A DNA stretch of 64,000 nt from contig CAVVPN010000012.1 of the NCBI GenBank assembly GCA_963750165.1, positions 1,120,001 to 1,184,000 on the forward strand, written 5' to 3'. Below, in pieces: positions 9,302 through 18,904 of the stretch; the stretch's first letter is position 1, and the number at the start of each line of letters is the position of its first letter. The stretch is from an uncultured Gemmataceae bacterium. Its GTDB lineage: Bacteria > Planctomycetota > Planctomycetia > Gemmatales > Gemmataceae. A model generated the notes under the pieces. That model was not told where the DNA came from. It saw nothing but the letters and a program-made list of their open reading frames with translations, and searched no databases. Position numbers and translations under genes: made by a program.

Positions 9302-12300
9302 TTACTTTAGTTCCCACACCTCGATTTTCTTACCCAAACTGCCCGCGATCAGCCGCTTGCCGTCCGCCGACAAGACCAGGCTGCTGACCGCGCCCGTGTG
9401 GCCGCGCAGGGTGATGATTTCCTTGCCCGTCTTCGGGTCCCACACCTTGATGGTGCCGTCGCTGCCACCCGAGAACAGACGCTTGCCGTCCGCCGACAAC
9501 ATCAGGCAAGTGACCCCGCGCGTGTGGCCGGGCAGGGTCAGGGCTTCCTTGCCCGCCTTCGGGTTCCACGCCTTGATGGTGCCGTCGCCGCCGCCCGAGA
9601 ACAGGCGCTTGCCGTCCGCCGACAACAGCAGGCTGCTGACCCCGCCCGTATGGCCGGGCAGGGTCCGGACTTCCTTGTCCGCCTCCACGTCCCACACCTT
9701 GATGCTGCCGTCGCTGCCGCCCGAGAACAGGCGCTTGCCGTCCGCCGACAACGCCAGACAAGGGCCCTTGTGGTGGCGCCAGGTCAGGACTTTCGTGCCC
9801 GTCGGCAGGTCCCACACCTTGATGGTCCCAAAGTGGTCGCCCGAGGCCAGGCGCTTGCCGTCCGCCGACAACGCCAGGCGCAAAACCCTGCCCTTGTGGC
9901 CGCGCAGGGTCTGGATTTTCTTGTCCGCCTCCAGGTCCCACACATGGATGATAAAGTCGCTGTGGCCCGAGACCAGGCGCTTGCCGTCCGCCGACAACGC
10001 CAGGCTAAAGACCGAGCTATTGCCATAGTCCAGGTTAAACGTCTTCATGCCGGTCTTGCCCCCCAGGGGCTCACCGTCCTCCGTCGTCTCATAGACCCCG
10101 GCCGCGCTCATGGGGCCGCGCAGGGTCATGGTTTCCCTGCCCGTCTCCAGATCCCACACCTCGATGGTGCTGCTAGTCCATTCGCCCGAGAACAGGCGCT
10201 TGCCGTCCGCCGACAACGCCAGGCTTTTGGCGCTCCCGCCCGTGTGGCCGCGGAGGGTCCGGGCTTCCTTGCCCGCCTCCAGGTCCCACACCTTGATGGT
10301 GCCGTCGTGACCGCCCGAGACCAGGCGCTTGCCGTCCGCCGTCAACGCCAGGCCGCTGACCTCATTCGTGTGGCCGCGGAGGGTCAAGGCTTCCTGGCCC
10401 GCCTCTAGGTCCCACACCTTGATGCTGCCGTCACTCACCAGGCCACCGCCCGAGAACAGGCGCTTGCCGTCCGCCGACAACGCCAGGCTGCCGACCCCGC
10501 CGTTGCCGCCGTTTTTGCTCTTGTGGCCGGGCAGGGTCAGGGTTGCCTGGCCCGTCTCCAGGTCCCACACCTCGATGGCGCCGCCGTGGCTGCTACCAGA
10601 GAACAGGCGCTTGCCGTCCGCCGACAACACCAGACTGGTAACCTCGGTCCTTTGGTGCAGGGTCTGGACCACCTTCCTCGCCTCCAGGTCCCACACCTTG
10701 ATGCTGGGGAGGCCGCCCGCGTACAGGCGCTTGCCGTCTGGCGAAAACGCCAGGCTTGCGATTAAACCGCGCAGGATCAGGACTACCTTCCCGGTCTCCA
10801 GGTCCCACACCTTGTTGCTTTTGCCGTCGTCGCTGGTGCAAGCCGAGGCCAGCCGCTTGCCGTCCGCCGACACCGCCAGGCAATTGCGCTTGCCCGTGCG
10901 ACAGGGCAGGGTCAGGACTTCCTTGCCCGCCTCCAGGTCCCACACCTTGATGGTATTATCCCAGCTGTTCGAGAACAGGCGCTTGCCGTCCGCCGACAAT
11001 GCCAGGCAAGTAACCGGTTCCGTGTGGCCGCGCAGGGTGACGACTTCCTTGCCCGCTTCCAGGTCCCATACATCGATGATGCCGTCGCCGAAGCCGCCAC
11101 CCGCGTATAGCCGCTTACCGTCCGCCGATACCGCCATGCTGTCGATCGGGCCCTTGTATTCGCGCAGGGTCTTGTTTTCCTTGCCCGCCTCCAGATCCCA
11201 CTCCTTGACGGTGCCGCCACTGTCCGCGACCAGGCGCTTGCCGTCCGCCGACAACACCAGGCTGCGGACACCGTACTTGTGGCCGGGCAGGGTCTTGTTT
11301 TCCTTGCCCGCCTCCAGATCCCACACCTTGATGGTCTTGTCCTGACCGCCCGCGACCAGGCGCTTGCCGTCCGCCGACAACGCCAGGCTGCGGACACCGC
11401 GCGTTTCACCAGGCAGGGTCAGGGTCACCTTGCCCGTCTTCCGGTCCCACACCTCGATGGTGCCGTCGCCGCCGCCCGCGACCAGGCGCTTGCCATCCGC
11501 CGACAACGCCAGGCAAGTGACCCCGCCCTTTTTGCCGGGCAGGAACAGGACTTCCTTGCCCGCCTCCAGGTCCCACACCTTGATGCCATCGTCGCCGCCC
11601 GAGAACAGGCGCTTGCCGTCCGGCGACAACGCCAGGCAATGGACCTTGCTCTTGTGGCCGGGCAAGGTGAGGACCTCCTTGCCAGCGTTCAGATCCCACA
11701 CCATGATGCTGCCGTCGCCGAGGGCGCCGCCCGAGAACAGGCGCCTGCCGTCTGCCGACACCGCCACGCAGCGGACCTGGCCCTTGTACTCGCGCAGGGA
11801 GAGGATGACCTGGCCCGCCTCCAGGTCCCACACCTCGATGGCGCCGCCGCTGAGGCCGCCGCCCGCGACCAGACGCCTGCCGTCCGCCGACACCGCCAGG
11901 CAATTGACCCCGCGCGTGTCGCCGCTCAGGATCCGGACTTCCTTGCCCGCCTCCAGATCCCACACTTCAATGGTGCTGTCCCAGCAGCCCGCGAACAGGC
12001 GCTTGCCGTCCGCCGACATCGCCAGGCAATTGACCATGCGCGTGTTACCACGCAGGGTCCGGGCTTCCTTGCCCCCCTCCAGATCCCAAATCTTGATGGT
12101 GCCGTCGCCGCCGCCCGCGAACAGGCGCTTGCCGTCCGCCGACGCCGCCAGGCAAGTGCCTGTGTGGCCGGTCAGGGTGAGGGCTTCCTTGGCCGCCACC
12201 AGGTCCCATACCTTGATGGTATTGCCAAAGCGGTTTGAACTGCCTGAGAACAGGCGCTTGCCGTCCGCCGACATCGCCAGGCTCAAGACCGCGCCCTTGT

Positions 12301-14509
12301 GGCCGGGCAGGGTCCGGGCTACCGTGCCCGCCTCCACGTCCCACACCTTGATGCTGTCGTCGCTGATGCCGCCGCCGCCACCCGAGAACAGGCGCTTGCC
12401 GTCCGCCGACAACACCAGGCTGTTGACCGCGCCCGCGTGGCCGGGCAGGGTCCGGGCTTCCTGGCCCGACTTCAGGTCCCACACCTTGATGGTCTTGTTC
12501 TTGTTGCCCGAGAACAGGCGCTTGCCGTCCGCCGACAACGCCAGGCAGTTGACCTCGTCCTTGCGGCCGGGCAGGGTCAGGGCGACCTTGCCCGCCTCCA
12601 GGTCCCACACCTTGATGGGGACGGCGACACCGCCCCCGCTCGAAACCAGGCGCTTGCCGTCCGCCGACAACGCCAGGCATTTGACAATGCGCTTGTCGCC
12701 GGGCAGTGTCAGGGTCTCCTTGCCGGCCTCCAGATCCCACACCTTGATGGTGCTGTTAAAGCCACCGCCGCCCGAGACCAGGCGCTTACCGTCCGCCGAC
12801 AACGCCAGGCAGTGGACCCCGCCCACATGGCCGGGCAGGGTCAGGGCTTCCTGACCCACCCCCAGGTCCCACACCTTGATGGTGCCGTCCTGGCTGCCCG
12901 AGAACAGGCGCTTGCCGTCCGCCGACAACGCCAGGCATTTGACAATGCTCGCGTGCCCGGACAAGGTTTGTGTTTTTCTGTCCAGTTGGTTGACGAGGTA
13001 GCCGTATTCCGGCCCGCGCAAATCCCAGCGCGTCTTGTCCAGGGCCAGGCGGCAACCGACGACGTCAAATTTCTGGAGGCAGTCGTGGGCTTGAGTAAGG
13101 TGGCCGATGTTCAGGAGGCTTTCGGTGCGCAGCAGTTGTTTGGCCAGTTTCTTTTCGGCGGCCTCGGCCTGTTGGCGGCGCTGTTCGGCGTTCGCGCGGG
13201 CGTTCGCTTCCTTGGTGGTAAGTTTCTTTTGCTCCAGGAGCAGGTTTTGCTCTTTCTCGGCCAGGTTCTCCGCCTTGAGGCGTTGCTCCCGCTCCTGACC
13301 CCGCGAGTCGTTGACCAGGAAGAAGGCGACCATGAAGGTGACCAGTGCCACGAGCAGACCGAGCAGGGCGGTGATGCCGGTCGCGGCCACGCCGGGTTTG
13401 CGGCGGCACCACCGCCACAGCCGCTCCACCGACCCCACCGGCCGGGCCAGAATCGGCTCCTCGGCCAGGTAGCGCCCCACATCCGCGGCCAGCGCCTTGG
13501 CGGTGAAGTAGCGCCGGGCCGGGTCCTTGTGCAGGCACTTCAGGCAGATCGTCTCCAGGTCGCGCGGCGTCGTGCTTTGCAACTGCCGCGGCGGCACCGG
13601 CTCATCCTGGATCACCTGCCGGAGCGTGTCAAACGTCTTCGCCGCCTTGAACGGCGGCCGGCCCGTCAGGCACTCGTACAGGATCGCCCCCAGCGCGTAC
13701 ACGTCCGCCGCCCGGCCGACGTTCTTGCTCTTGCCCGCCGCCTGCTCCGGGGCCATGTAACTCGGCGTGCCCAGGATCGCCCCGGTCTGCGTCTGCCGCG
13801 ACCTCTCCCCCGCCTGCTTGGCCAGGCCGAAGTCCGTGATTTTCGGCTCCCCCGCCGCGGTCAGGAGGATGTTGGCCGGCTTCAGGTCGCGGTGGATGAT
13901 CCCGGCCTCGTGGGCCGCGTGGACCGCCCGCGCCAGCTTCCTGACCAGCTTGGCCGCTGGCCGCGGTTGCTGCGGGGTACCGTTGAGCTGCTGTTCGAGA
14001 TTGCCGCCCTCCGCGAACTCCAGCGTGAAGTAGGGCCGGCCCTGGTGTTCGCCGACCTCATAAATGCGCACGATGTTCGGGTGGTCCAGGCTGGCAATCG
14101 TCTCGGCGTCGTTGCGGAAGCGCGCTACGGTCGCCGGGTCGGAGTATTCGGCCGCCAGCAGCATTTTGAGGGCGACCGTGCGGTTGGGTTTGTGCTGCCG
14201 CGCCTTGTAGACGACGCCCTGCGCCCCCCGGCCCAGCTCAGCCAGCAGGTCGTAACCCGGCACCGGCGTCGCCGCCGAGTTCGCGGCCAGCGTGGCCTCC
14301 GGGGAGCCGGCGTGGTCGATGGTCTGTTGCGGGGCGATGGGGGCGATGGCGTGTTCCAGGAAGTCCGCTGATGCATCATCGTGAGCTTGAAGCAGTGTCT
14401 CCACCTGGCGGCGCAGCCTGGGGTTGCCCCGGCAGGCTTTATCGAGATAGGCGGCGCGCTCGGCGGGCGGCAACTTGACGGCGGCGGCGAAGATAACGCT
14501 CTCGGTCAT
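9302..14509 (-). CDS. Membrane Ser/Thr protein kinase with coiled coil and 28 WD40 repeats
   Basis: Hanks kinase motifs GRGAQG, VALK, HRDLKPAN, DFG and APE; TM helix (VAATGITALLGLLVALVTFMVAFFLV); Glu/Lys-rich coiled coil; 28 counted (S/T)(A/P)DG(K/R)RL...W repeats. Start at MTESVIF. Confidence 0.95.
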   Translation of the reverse strand: MTESVIFAAAVKLPPAERAAYLDKACRGNPRLRRQVETLLQAHDDASADFLEHAIAPIAPQQTIDHAGSPEATLAANSAATPVPGYDLLAELGRGAQGVVYKARQHKPNRTVALKMLLAAEYSDPATVARFRNDAETIASLDHPNIVRIYEVGEHQGRPYFTLEFAEGGNLEQQLNGTPQQPRPAAKLVRKLARAVHAAHEAGIIHRDLKPANILLTAAGEPKITDFGLAKQAGERSRQTQTGAILGTPSYMAPEQAAGKSKNVGRAADVYALGAILYECLTGRPPFKAAKTFDTLRQVIQDEPVPPRQLQSTTPRDLETICLKCLHKDPARRYFTAKALAADVGRYLAEEPILARPVGSVERLWRWCRRKPGVAATGITALLGLLVALVTFMVAFFLVNDSRGQEREQRLKAENLAEKEQNLLLEQKKLTTKEANARANAEQRRQQAEAAEKKLAKQLLRTESLLNIGHLTQAHDCLQKFDVVGCRLALDKTRWDLRGPEYGYLVNQLDRKTQTLSGHASIVKCLALSADGKRLFSGSQDGTIKVWDLGVGQEALTLPGHVGGVHCLALSADGKRLVSGGGGFNSTIKVWDLEAGKETLTLPGDKRIVKCLALSADGKRLVSSGGGVAVPIKVWDLEAGKVALTLPGRKDEVNCLALSADGKRLFSGNKNKTIKVWDLKSGQEARTLPGHAGAVNSLVLSADGKRLFSGGGGGISDDSIKVWDVEAGTVARTLPGHKGAVLSLAMSADGKRLFSGSSNRFGNTIKVWDLVAAKEALTLTGHTGTCLAASADGKRLFAGGGDGTIKIWDLEGGKEARTLRGNTRMVNCLAMSADGKRLFAGCWDSTIEVWDLEAGKEVRILSGDTRGVNCLAVSADGRRLVAGGGLSGGAIEVWDLEAGQVILSLREYKGQVRCVAVSADGRRLFSGGALGDGSIMVWDLNAGKEVLTLPGHKSKVHCLALSPDGKRLFSGGDDGIKVWDLEAGKEVLFLPGKKGGVTCLALSADGKRLVAGGGDGTIEVWDRKTGKVTLTLPGETRGVRSLALSADGKRLVAGGQDKTIKVWDLEAGKENKTLPGHKYGVRSLVLSADGKRLVADSGGTVKEWDLEAGKENKTLREYKGPIDSMAVSADGKRLYAGGGFGDGIIDVWDLEAGKEVVTLRGHTEPVTCLALSADGKRLFSNSWDNTIKVWDLEAGKEVLTLPCRTGKRNCLAVSADGKRLASACTSDDGKSNKVWDLETGKVVLILRGLIASLAFSPDGKRLYAGGLPSIKVWDLEARKVVQTLHQRTEVTSLVLSADGKRLFSGSSHGGAIEVWDLETGQATLTLPGHKSKNGGNGGVGSLALSADGKRLFSGGGLVSDGSIKVWDLEAGQEALTLRGHTNEVSGLALTADGKRLVSGGHDGTIKVWDLEAGKEARTLRGHTGGSAKSLALSADGKRLFSGEWTSSTIEVWDLETGRETMTLRGPMSAAGVYETTEDGEPLGGKTGMKTFNLDYGNSSVFSLALSADGKRLVSGHSDFIIHVWDLEADKKIQTLRGHKGRVLRLALSADGKRLASGDHFGTIKVWDLPTGTKVLTWRHHKGPCLALSADGKRLFSGGSDGSIKVWDVEADKEVRTLPGHTGGVSSLLLSADGKRLFSGGGDGTIKAWNPKAGKEALTLPGHTRGVTCLMLSADGKRLFSGGSDGTIKVWDPKTGKEIITLRGHTGAVSSLVLSADGKRLIAGSLGKKIEVWELK

Positions 14510-14608
14510 GGCGACACTCCCACGCAAGGACGAGGGCCCGGTTTGGTGGCCTTCTACTTCTTCATGCGACGGTCAGGCCCCCGACCCCCGGAACTTTTTC
14601 AAATTTTT

Positions 14609-15187
14609 TTACGAATCCGCCCCTTCGCCGCGTGACATCTCGCGCCGCAGCCATGCCTTCGCGAACGTCCAGTCATCCTCGGCCGTCGATGCCGAGACGC
14701 CCAGCAGCGCGGCCGCCTCGGGCAGCGTGAGGCCGGCGAAGTAGCGCAACTTGACGAGTTCCGCCTTGCGCGGCGCCCGGGCCGCCAGCCGGTCCAGCGC
14801 CTCGTGCAGGGCCAGGACATCGACGGCATCCGCGGCGGCCGGTGCGGCGAGTTCCAGGCCGTCCAAGTCGTGGCGCTCCAGGGCGCCACCGTGCTTGAGG
14901 CGATTCTTGTGGCGGGCGTGCTCGACGAGGATGCGGCGCATGGCCTCCGCGGCGGCGGCGAAGAAGTGGCCGCGGCTGTTGAAGTGCTGGGCCTGCTTCA
15001 CGCCCACCAGGCGCAGGTACGCCTCGTGAACCAGTGCCGTGGGCTGCAGGGTCTGGCCGGGCTTCTCCTGGGCCAACTTGTGCGCCGCCAGCCGGCGCAG
15101 CTCGTTGTAGACGAGCGGGAGGAGTTGGTCGGCGTCGTGCAAGTCGCCGTTCTCGATGGCCGACAGGATGCGGGTGACGTCGTTCAT
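14609..15187 (-). CDS. ECF sigma factor of the kinase-associated type (TIGR02999/ECF43-like)
   Basis: MNDVTRIL...LLPLVYNELRRLA...TLQPTALVHEAYLRL...LVKLRYFAGLT...DWTFAKAWL; lies directly upstream of the Ser/Thr kinase. Confidence 0.92.
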   Translation of the reverse strand: MNDVTRILSAIENGDLHDADQLLPLVYNELRRLAAHKLAQEKPGQTLQPTALVHEAYLRLVGVKQAQHFNSRGHFFAAAAEAMRRILVEHARHKNRLKHGGALERHDLDGLELAAPAAADAVDVLALHEALDRLAARAPRKAELVKLRYFAGLTLPEAAALLGVSASTAEDDWTFAKAWLRREMSRGEGADS

Positions 15188-15411
15188 CGACCGGGGCCCT
15201 CCGGCTTCCACGGGGCATCCGTGCTATGCTATTCGCCGCACGGCCATGAATCAAAGGCTTTACATCTTGCAAAGGCTCGATCGATAGCACAACAAGGTTG
15301 CGCACGCCGGTCCTGACCACCGCTGCGCGCAGCCGGACTGCTCAACCTGCGTCGGGCCGACACGCCGGAGCACCGACCGTTCAGCGCGTCGGCCGATGTG
15401 TCGAAGCAGAT

Positions 15412-15696
15412 TAGAGTGGTTCCCAGTTGTGTGGACCACGAACGGCAGGCCGGCGCTGCCAGGCGGCGAATCTCGACGTATGAAAAAGTTGGCGTTCTTG
15501 GCGTCCTTGGCGTTCTTGCTGTGGCAACCGCCGCCGCTGGTGGTCGCGCCGTGCCAGCCGTGCGGGGCAAGGGCGCCAATTCTCGACGTATGAAAAAGTT
15601 GGCCCCCTTGGCCCCCTTGCTGTGGCAGTGCAGGCCGCTGGTGGTCAGCCTGTGCCCGCCGCCCACTCGTGTGCAAACCGTGCGTGAACCGCTCCA
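15412..15696. mobile_element. Small TIR (MITE-like) element carrying a 110-bp tandem repeat
   Basis: Ends tagagtggttccca...gtgaaccgctcca; subterminal sequences match the elements at 27755 and 49089; internal units start at 15471 and 15581 (tctcgacgtatgaaaaagttggc). Confidence 0.7.
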
Positions 15697-16246
15697 GTCA
15701 CTGTCCAACGATTATTTCCGCAATGAGCATATAGAATAACCTTGGCCCTTTGGAGCTTGCCCGAAGGGAGGTGAAGGTCCGATGGCCAAGAAAAAGCGTC
15801 TGAGCAAGAGGAAACCTTGACAGCGCGTCCACGCTTGTGACTGTCCCAGGTGCCGCCAGTATCCCAAAGGCCGAGTGGCACGAGAGCACCGTGCTCTCAA
15901 CCGTCTCATCGCTGCTTCGGACGAACGCGCGCGCCGTCTTCTGGCTGGCTTCCTCGCCCGCCAGCACGGCTGTGGCGGCATCAGCTTGTTGGCACGCATC
16001 ACTGGGCCGGAGAGCCCTTGGTCAACTATGAGACGCTGTTGAAATACATCCGCACGGCGCGGACGGAGAAGCGGTTTCGTTGCCGTGCCTGCCTGGATCG
16101 GAAGGACTACCCGGCCAACCAGCGCGTGGCACCGCAGGACAAGGCCCGGGTCCGGCTCAAGCCCAGCCGAGTGCTGCCCAAGTGGAACTACACGATCTGG
16201 CCTCATCGTCCTCGCCCATTGCGGAAATAATCGTTGGACAGTGACT
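15696..16246 (+). mobile_element. Internally deleted ISAzo13-family insertion sequence (non-autonomous)
   Basis: Perfect 30-bp TIR agtcactgtccaacgattatttccgcaatg (15696-15725) and its reverse complement (16217-16246). Transposase N-terminus (DERARRLLAGFLARQHGCGGISLLARITG) is fused to its C-terminus (WAGEPLVNYETLLKYIRT...LPKWNYTIWP). Confidence 0.85.
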
Positions 16247-16391
16247 TGGCGGCGCACCTGCCGTCATCGAGCAACCGCAGTGCATCGCTTCCCGCCCGCT
16301 GAACCCCAAGGACGAGGACGACCGGGTGCGCCTGGCGCTGGGGCTCACCAGCGACGATTCACTTCCGGAGGTCAATGAAGACACAAGGTGA
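16247..16391 (+). pseudogene. Fragment of a planctomycete hypothetical protein, truncated at the IS end
   Basis: Frame reads GGAPAVIEQPQCIASRPLNPKDEDDRVRLALGLTSDDSLPEVNEDTR* with no start codon, beginning right at the IS right end. Confidence 0.4.
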
Positions 16392-16726
16392 AGGACAACA
16401 CGTTCATTTACTCCGAGACAAACGAAAGCTGCACGGTGCAGGAAGCGCTGGTTCATTTCTTCGGCCTCCCCATTGAGGTCATCGCCCAGCCCGCGCTCTG
16501 GTATTCGTACCACCGGACGCCCCGCATCGTGGAGTGCGGCAAGGACCGGACACGGGTGCTGGTCCGGTTCTCGGCCGTGAGCCTGTCGGGATCATTCGGT
16601 GGCACCTGCCTGTATGCGCTGCGAGACGGTTCCTGGGGAGCATACCCGATCAGGCCGAGCGCGAGCAGTAGCATCGCCACAGCGGAAGCCTGGCTCGTGA
16701 AACGGAAGTGGAAAGCGTGGTGTTGA
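16388..16726 (+). CDS. Hypothetical protein (112 aa)
   Basis: Protein-like composition (WYSYHRTPRIVE, GTCLY, WLVKRKWKAW); no family recognised. Confidence 0.55.
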   Translation: MKDNTFIYSETNESCTVQEALVHFFGLPIEVIAQPALWYSYHRTPRIVECGKDRTRVLVRFSAVSLSGSFGGTCLYALRDGSWGAYPIRPSASSSIATAEAWLVKRKWKAWC

Positions 16727-16943
16727 ATGGGAATTATCAGCAAGAAACTGGCGTCCCGGTTCCGCAAGGCCAAGAAGCAAGTTGGCGACCTGCGCCGACA
16801 AGTTGCAGCGGAATTCGCCCAGGTTCCCAAGGACGTGAAGCCCGTCCAGGCGTTAGATCAGGCGCTCCCTGAGCCGCCAGGGGTGGCATACTCGGACAAG
16901 CTCCTAGAAAAAATCCACAAGTTCGCGGTCCCCTCGGCCGATC

Positions 16944-17911
16944 ATGGAGATGATTTACTCTCCCCTGCGTCCCTGTCCGGAGATTCGACGTATGTATCGG
17001 CGCCGGCGCACCGCCTGGCTGAACGAGTGGCTCGCCGGCCTGACCGCGGCGTCGGGCGTCGGTTACCTGGCCACGGCGTACACCCTCTCACGCTGGCTGA
17101 CGCGCCGCAGCCGTAGTCAACCGCGCCTGCCGGCCGACCTGTGCGATCTCCATCTGGAGCACCTCGAATGTCGTACCGCTGACGGCCTGCGTCTGCTCGG
17201 CTGGTCGGTGGCGCCGCTGCGGCCGGCTGCGACCGTGGCGCTGTTCCATGGCCTGCGCGCAGCCGTCAGCAGACGCTGAAGCGCTGCGACTTCCTGACGC
17301 GGGCGGGCTACCGTTGCGTCCTCTTCGACCACCGCGCCCACGGCCAGAGTCAGGGCCGCTTCACCAGTTTCGGCTACTACGAGGCTGCGGACGTGGTGGC
17401 CGTGCGCGACCTCATCCAGCGCCGCTGGCCCGATCAACCGTGCGCCGCCCTGGGCGTCTCGATGGGCGCCGCGGCGTTGTGTTTCGCGGCCCGGCGCGTT
17501 CTGCCGTTCGCCGCGGTCATCCTGGAGAGCCTGTACCACGACCTGGCCGCCGCGTTCGACAACCGCATCGGCTCGAAGCTGCCGGCGTGGGTCCGCCGCT
17601 TCCGGCGCGGCGTCGTCTGGGTGACCGAGCGCCGTCTGCGGCTGCGCCTGGAGCAGATCGCGCCGGTCGAGCATGTCGCCCGACTGCTGCCGGCGCCGCT
17701 GCTGTTGCTGACCGGCACCGACGATCCGCACGCACCGCCGGAGGACGCCCACCGCCTGCTTGCCCGTTGCCAGAGCGCCGGCGAACTGGCGCTGATCCCC
17801 GGGGCCAACCACGACAACGTTCCCGAAGTGGGCGGCGAGTGCTACCCGCAACTCGTGCTCGACTTCCTGCGCCGCCGGCTGCCCCTGACCCTGACCGCCG
17901 CCGCATACTGA
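16944..17911 (+). CDS. Alpha/beta hydrolase (frameshift near 17258)
   Basis: ORF 16944-17279 (TADGLRLLGW...ALFHG) continues in another frame (FDHRAHGQSQG, GVSMG nucleophile elbow, GTDD, IPGANH). Confidence 0.8.
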
Positions 17912-18067
17912 TCTTTTTTGCAGGCTGGCGAGCGGGTATGCCGGGCGGCGACTTCGCCTTGCTTTATCGCTGCCGTTGGTTAGGATGGCCGCCCGCCATA
18001 CTCAATCGGCCTTCCCCTGCGCCGATTGCCAGCGCAACCCATGCTCCACATTTCCCAGGACCAACCC

Positions 18068-18904
18068 ATGAGGTCACGGATGATTTCTCAGTGGTTGCTC
18101 GGCGTGTCCCTGGTCGCGGTGATCGCCGCGCAAGAACCATCCGCCGGAACTCGGGACCGATCAGACCCGCGCACCCCACCGCAACTGGAGACGGCCCTTT
18201 ACGAGCGCTTCAAGCAGCCCGGTTGGTTCCAGCACCCCGATGTGCCCTGGGTCTTCAAGGCGCAGCGCGTGGAGGGGGAGCAGCTCCAAGATGTCTGGAT
18301 CGGTCGCCGCACCGCACAGGGCAAAGGGTACGACTTCCTCGGTCGCGCCCATCTGGCCAAGCTCGGGGTGGATTCGTCCAGCGGACAGCTTTACGTCCGT
18401 CTCACGGAGCTTTATTATTGCACGGCCGCGGGTGACTTCGGTTGGGTGGCGGAAAAGGTTTGGTGCATCGACCTGCCGACGGAGCCCGCGTATTTGCTGA
18501 AACCGCTGGTGAGCTTGCCCCAGCAGGAAACCCCATTGCTGTCACCCGCGGCAGACCGATTCCTTGCCGGCGCCTGGAAACTGCTCAGCGTGGAGGAAAA
18601 ACTGCAACGGGCCTTTGGCGAAAACTGCCCGGAATTGCAGCGCGCTTACCGACTGGAAAATCGCCTGCGCAGGCTGCTTCTGGCATTCGAGTCGTTCAGC
18701 GTGGAAGCCGATGGGCGGTTGAAAGCGACCGCCTGCAGCCTGGCCCGCTTCAGCGCTGAACTCACCCCCACCGCGGTCACCGTGCGCAGTCCCGTTGCGT
18801 ACATTACCTACGACCAGCCCGTCTCCAGTTTGAACGACCTGGCCAACCGTCAGGTGCTTACCATCGAATGTGCCAACGGTGTGCGCATCAACCTCGACCA
18901 GTGA
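18068..18904 (+). CDS. Exported hypothetical protein, beta-rich
   Basis: Signal-like N-terminus (WLLGVSLVAVIAA); two beta-rich modules. Confidence 0.6.
   Translation: MRSRMISQWLLGVSLVAVIAAQEPSAGTRDRSDPRTPPQLETALYERFKQPGWFQHPDVPWVFKAQRVEGEQLQDVWIGRRTAQGKGYDFLGRAHLAKLGVDSSSGQLYVRLTELYYCTAAGDFGWVAEKVWCIDLPTEPAYLLKPLVSLPQQETPLLSPAADRFLAGAWKLLSVEEKLQRAFGENCPELQRAYRLENRLRRLLLAFESFSVEADGRLKATACSLARFSAELTPTAVTVRSPVAYITYDQPVSSLNDLANRQVLTIECANGVRINLDQ

Noticed and set aside
9302..12975. Regularly spaced conserved DNA motifs with variable intervals, CRISPR-like at first sight
   Set aside because: They are in-frame WD40 coding repeats with ~120-135 bp period; no cas genes or leader.
8808..14371. Long plus-strand ORFs with repeating RRLPSADNAR motifs
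   Set aside because: Antisense shadows of the WD40 kinase repeats in high-GC DNA; only the first ~57 codons at 8808 look like a real gene remnant.
15471..15650. 110-bp repeats as a mini CRISPR array
   Set aside because: The whole unit is repeated with no unique spacers, and there are only two units per locus.
16727..16943. ORF MGIISKKLASRF... and an IS-end-like motif tactcggacaagctcctag at 16889-16907
   Set aside because: No recognisable family, and no convincing partner inverted repeat or transposase.
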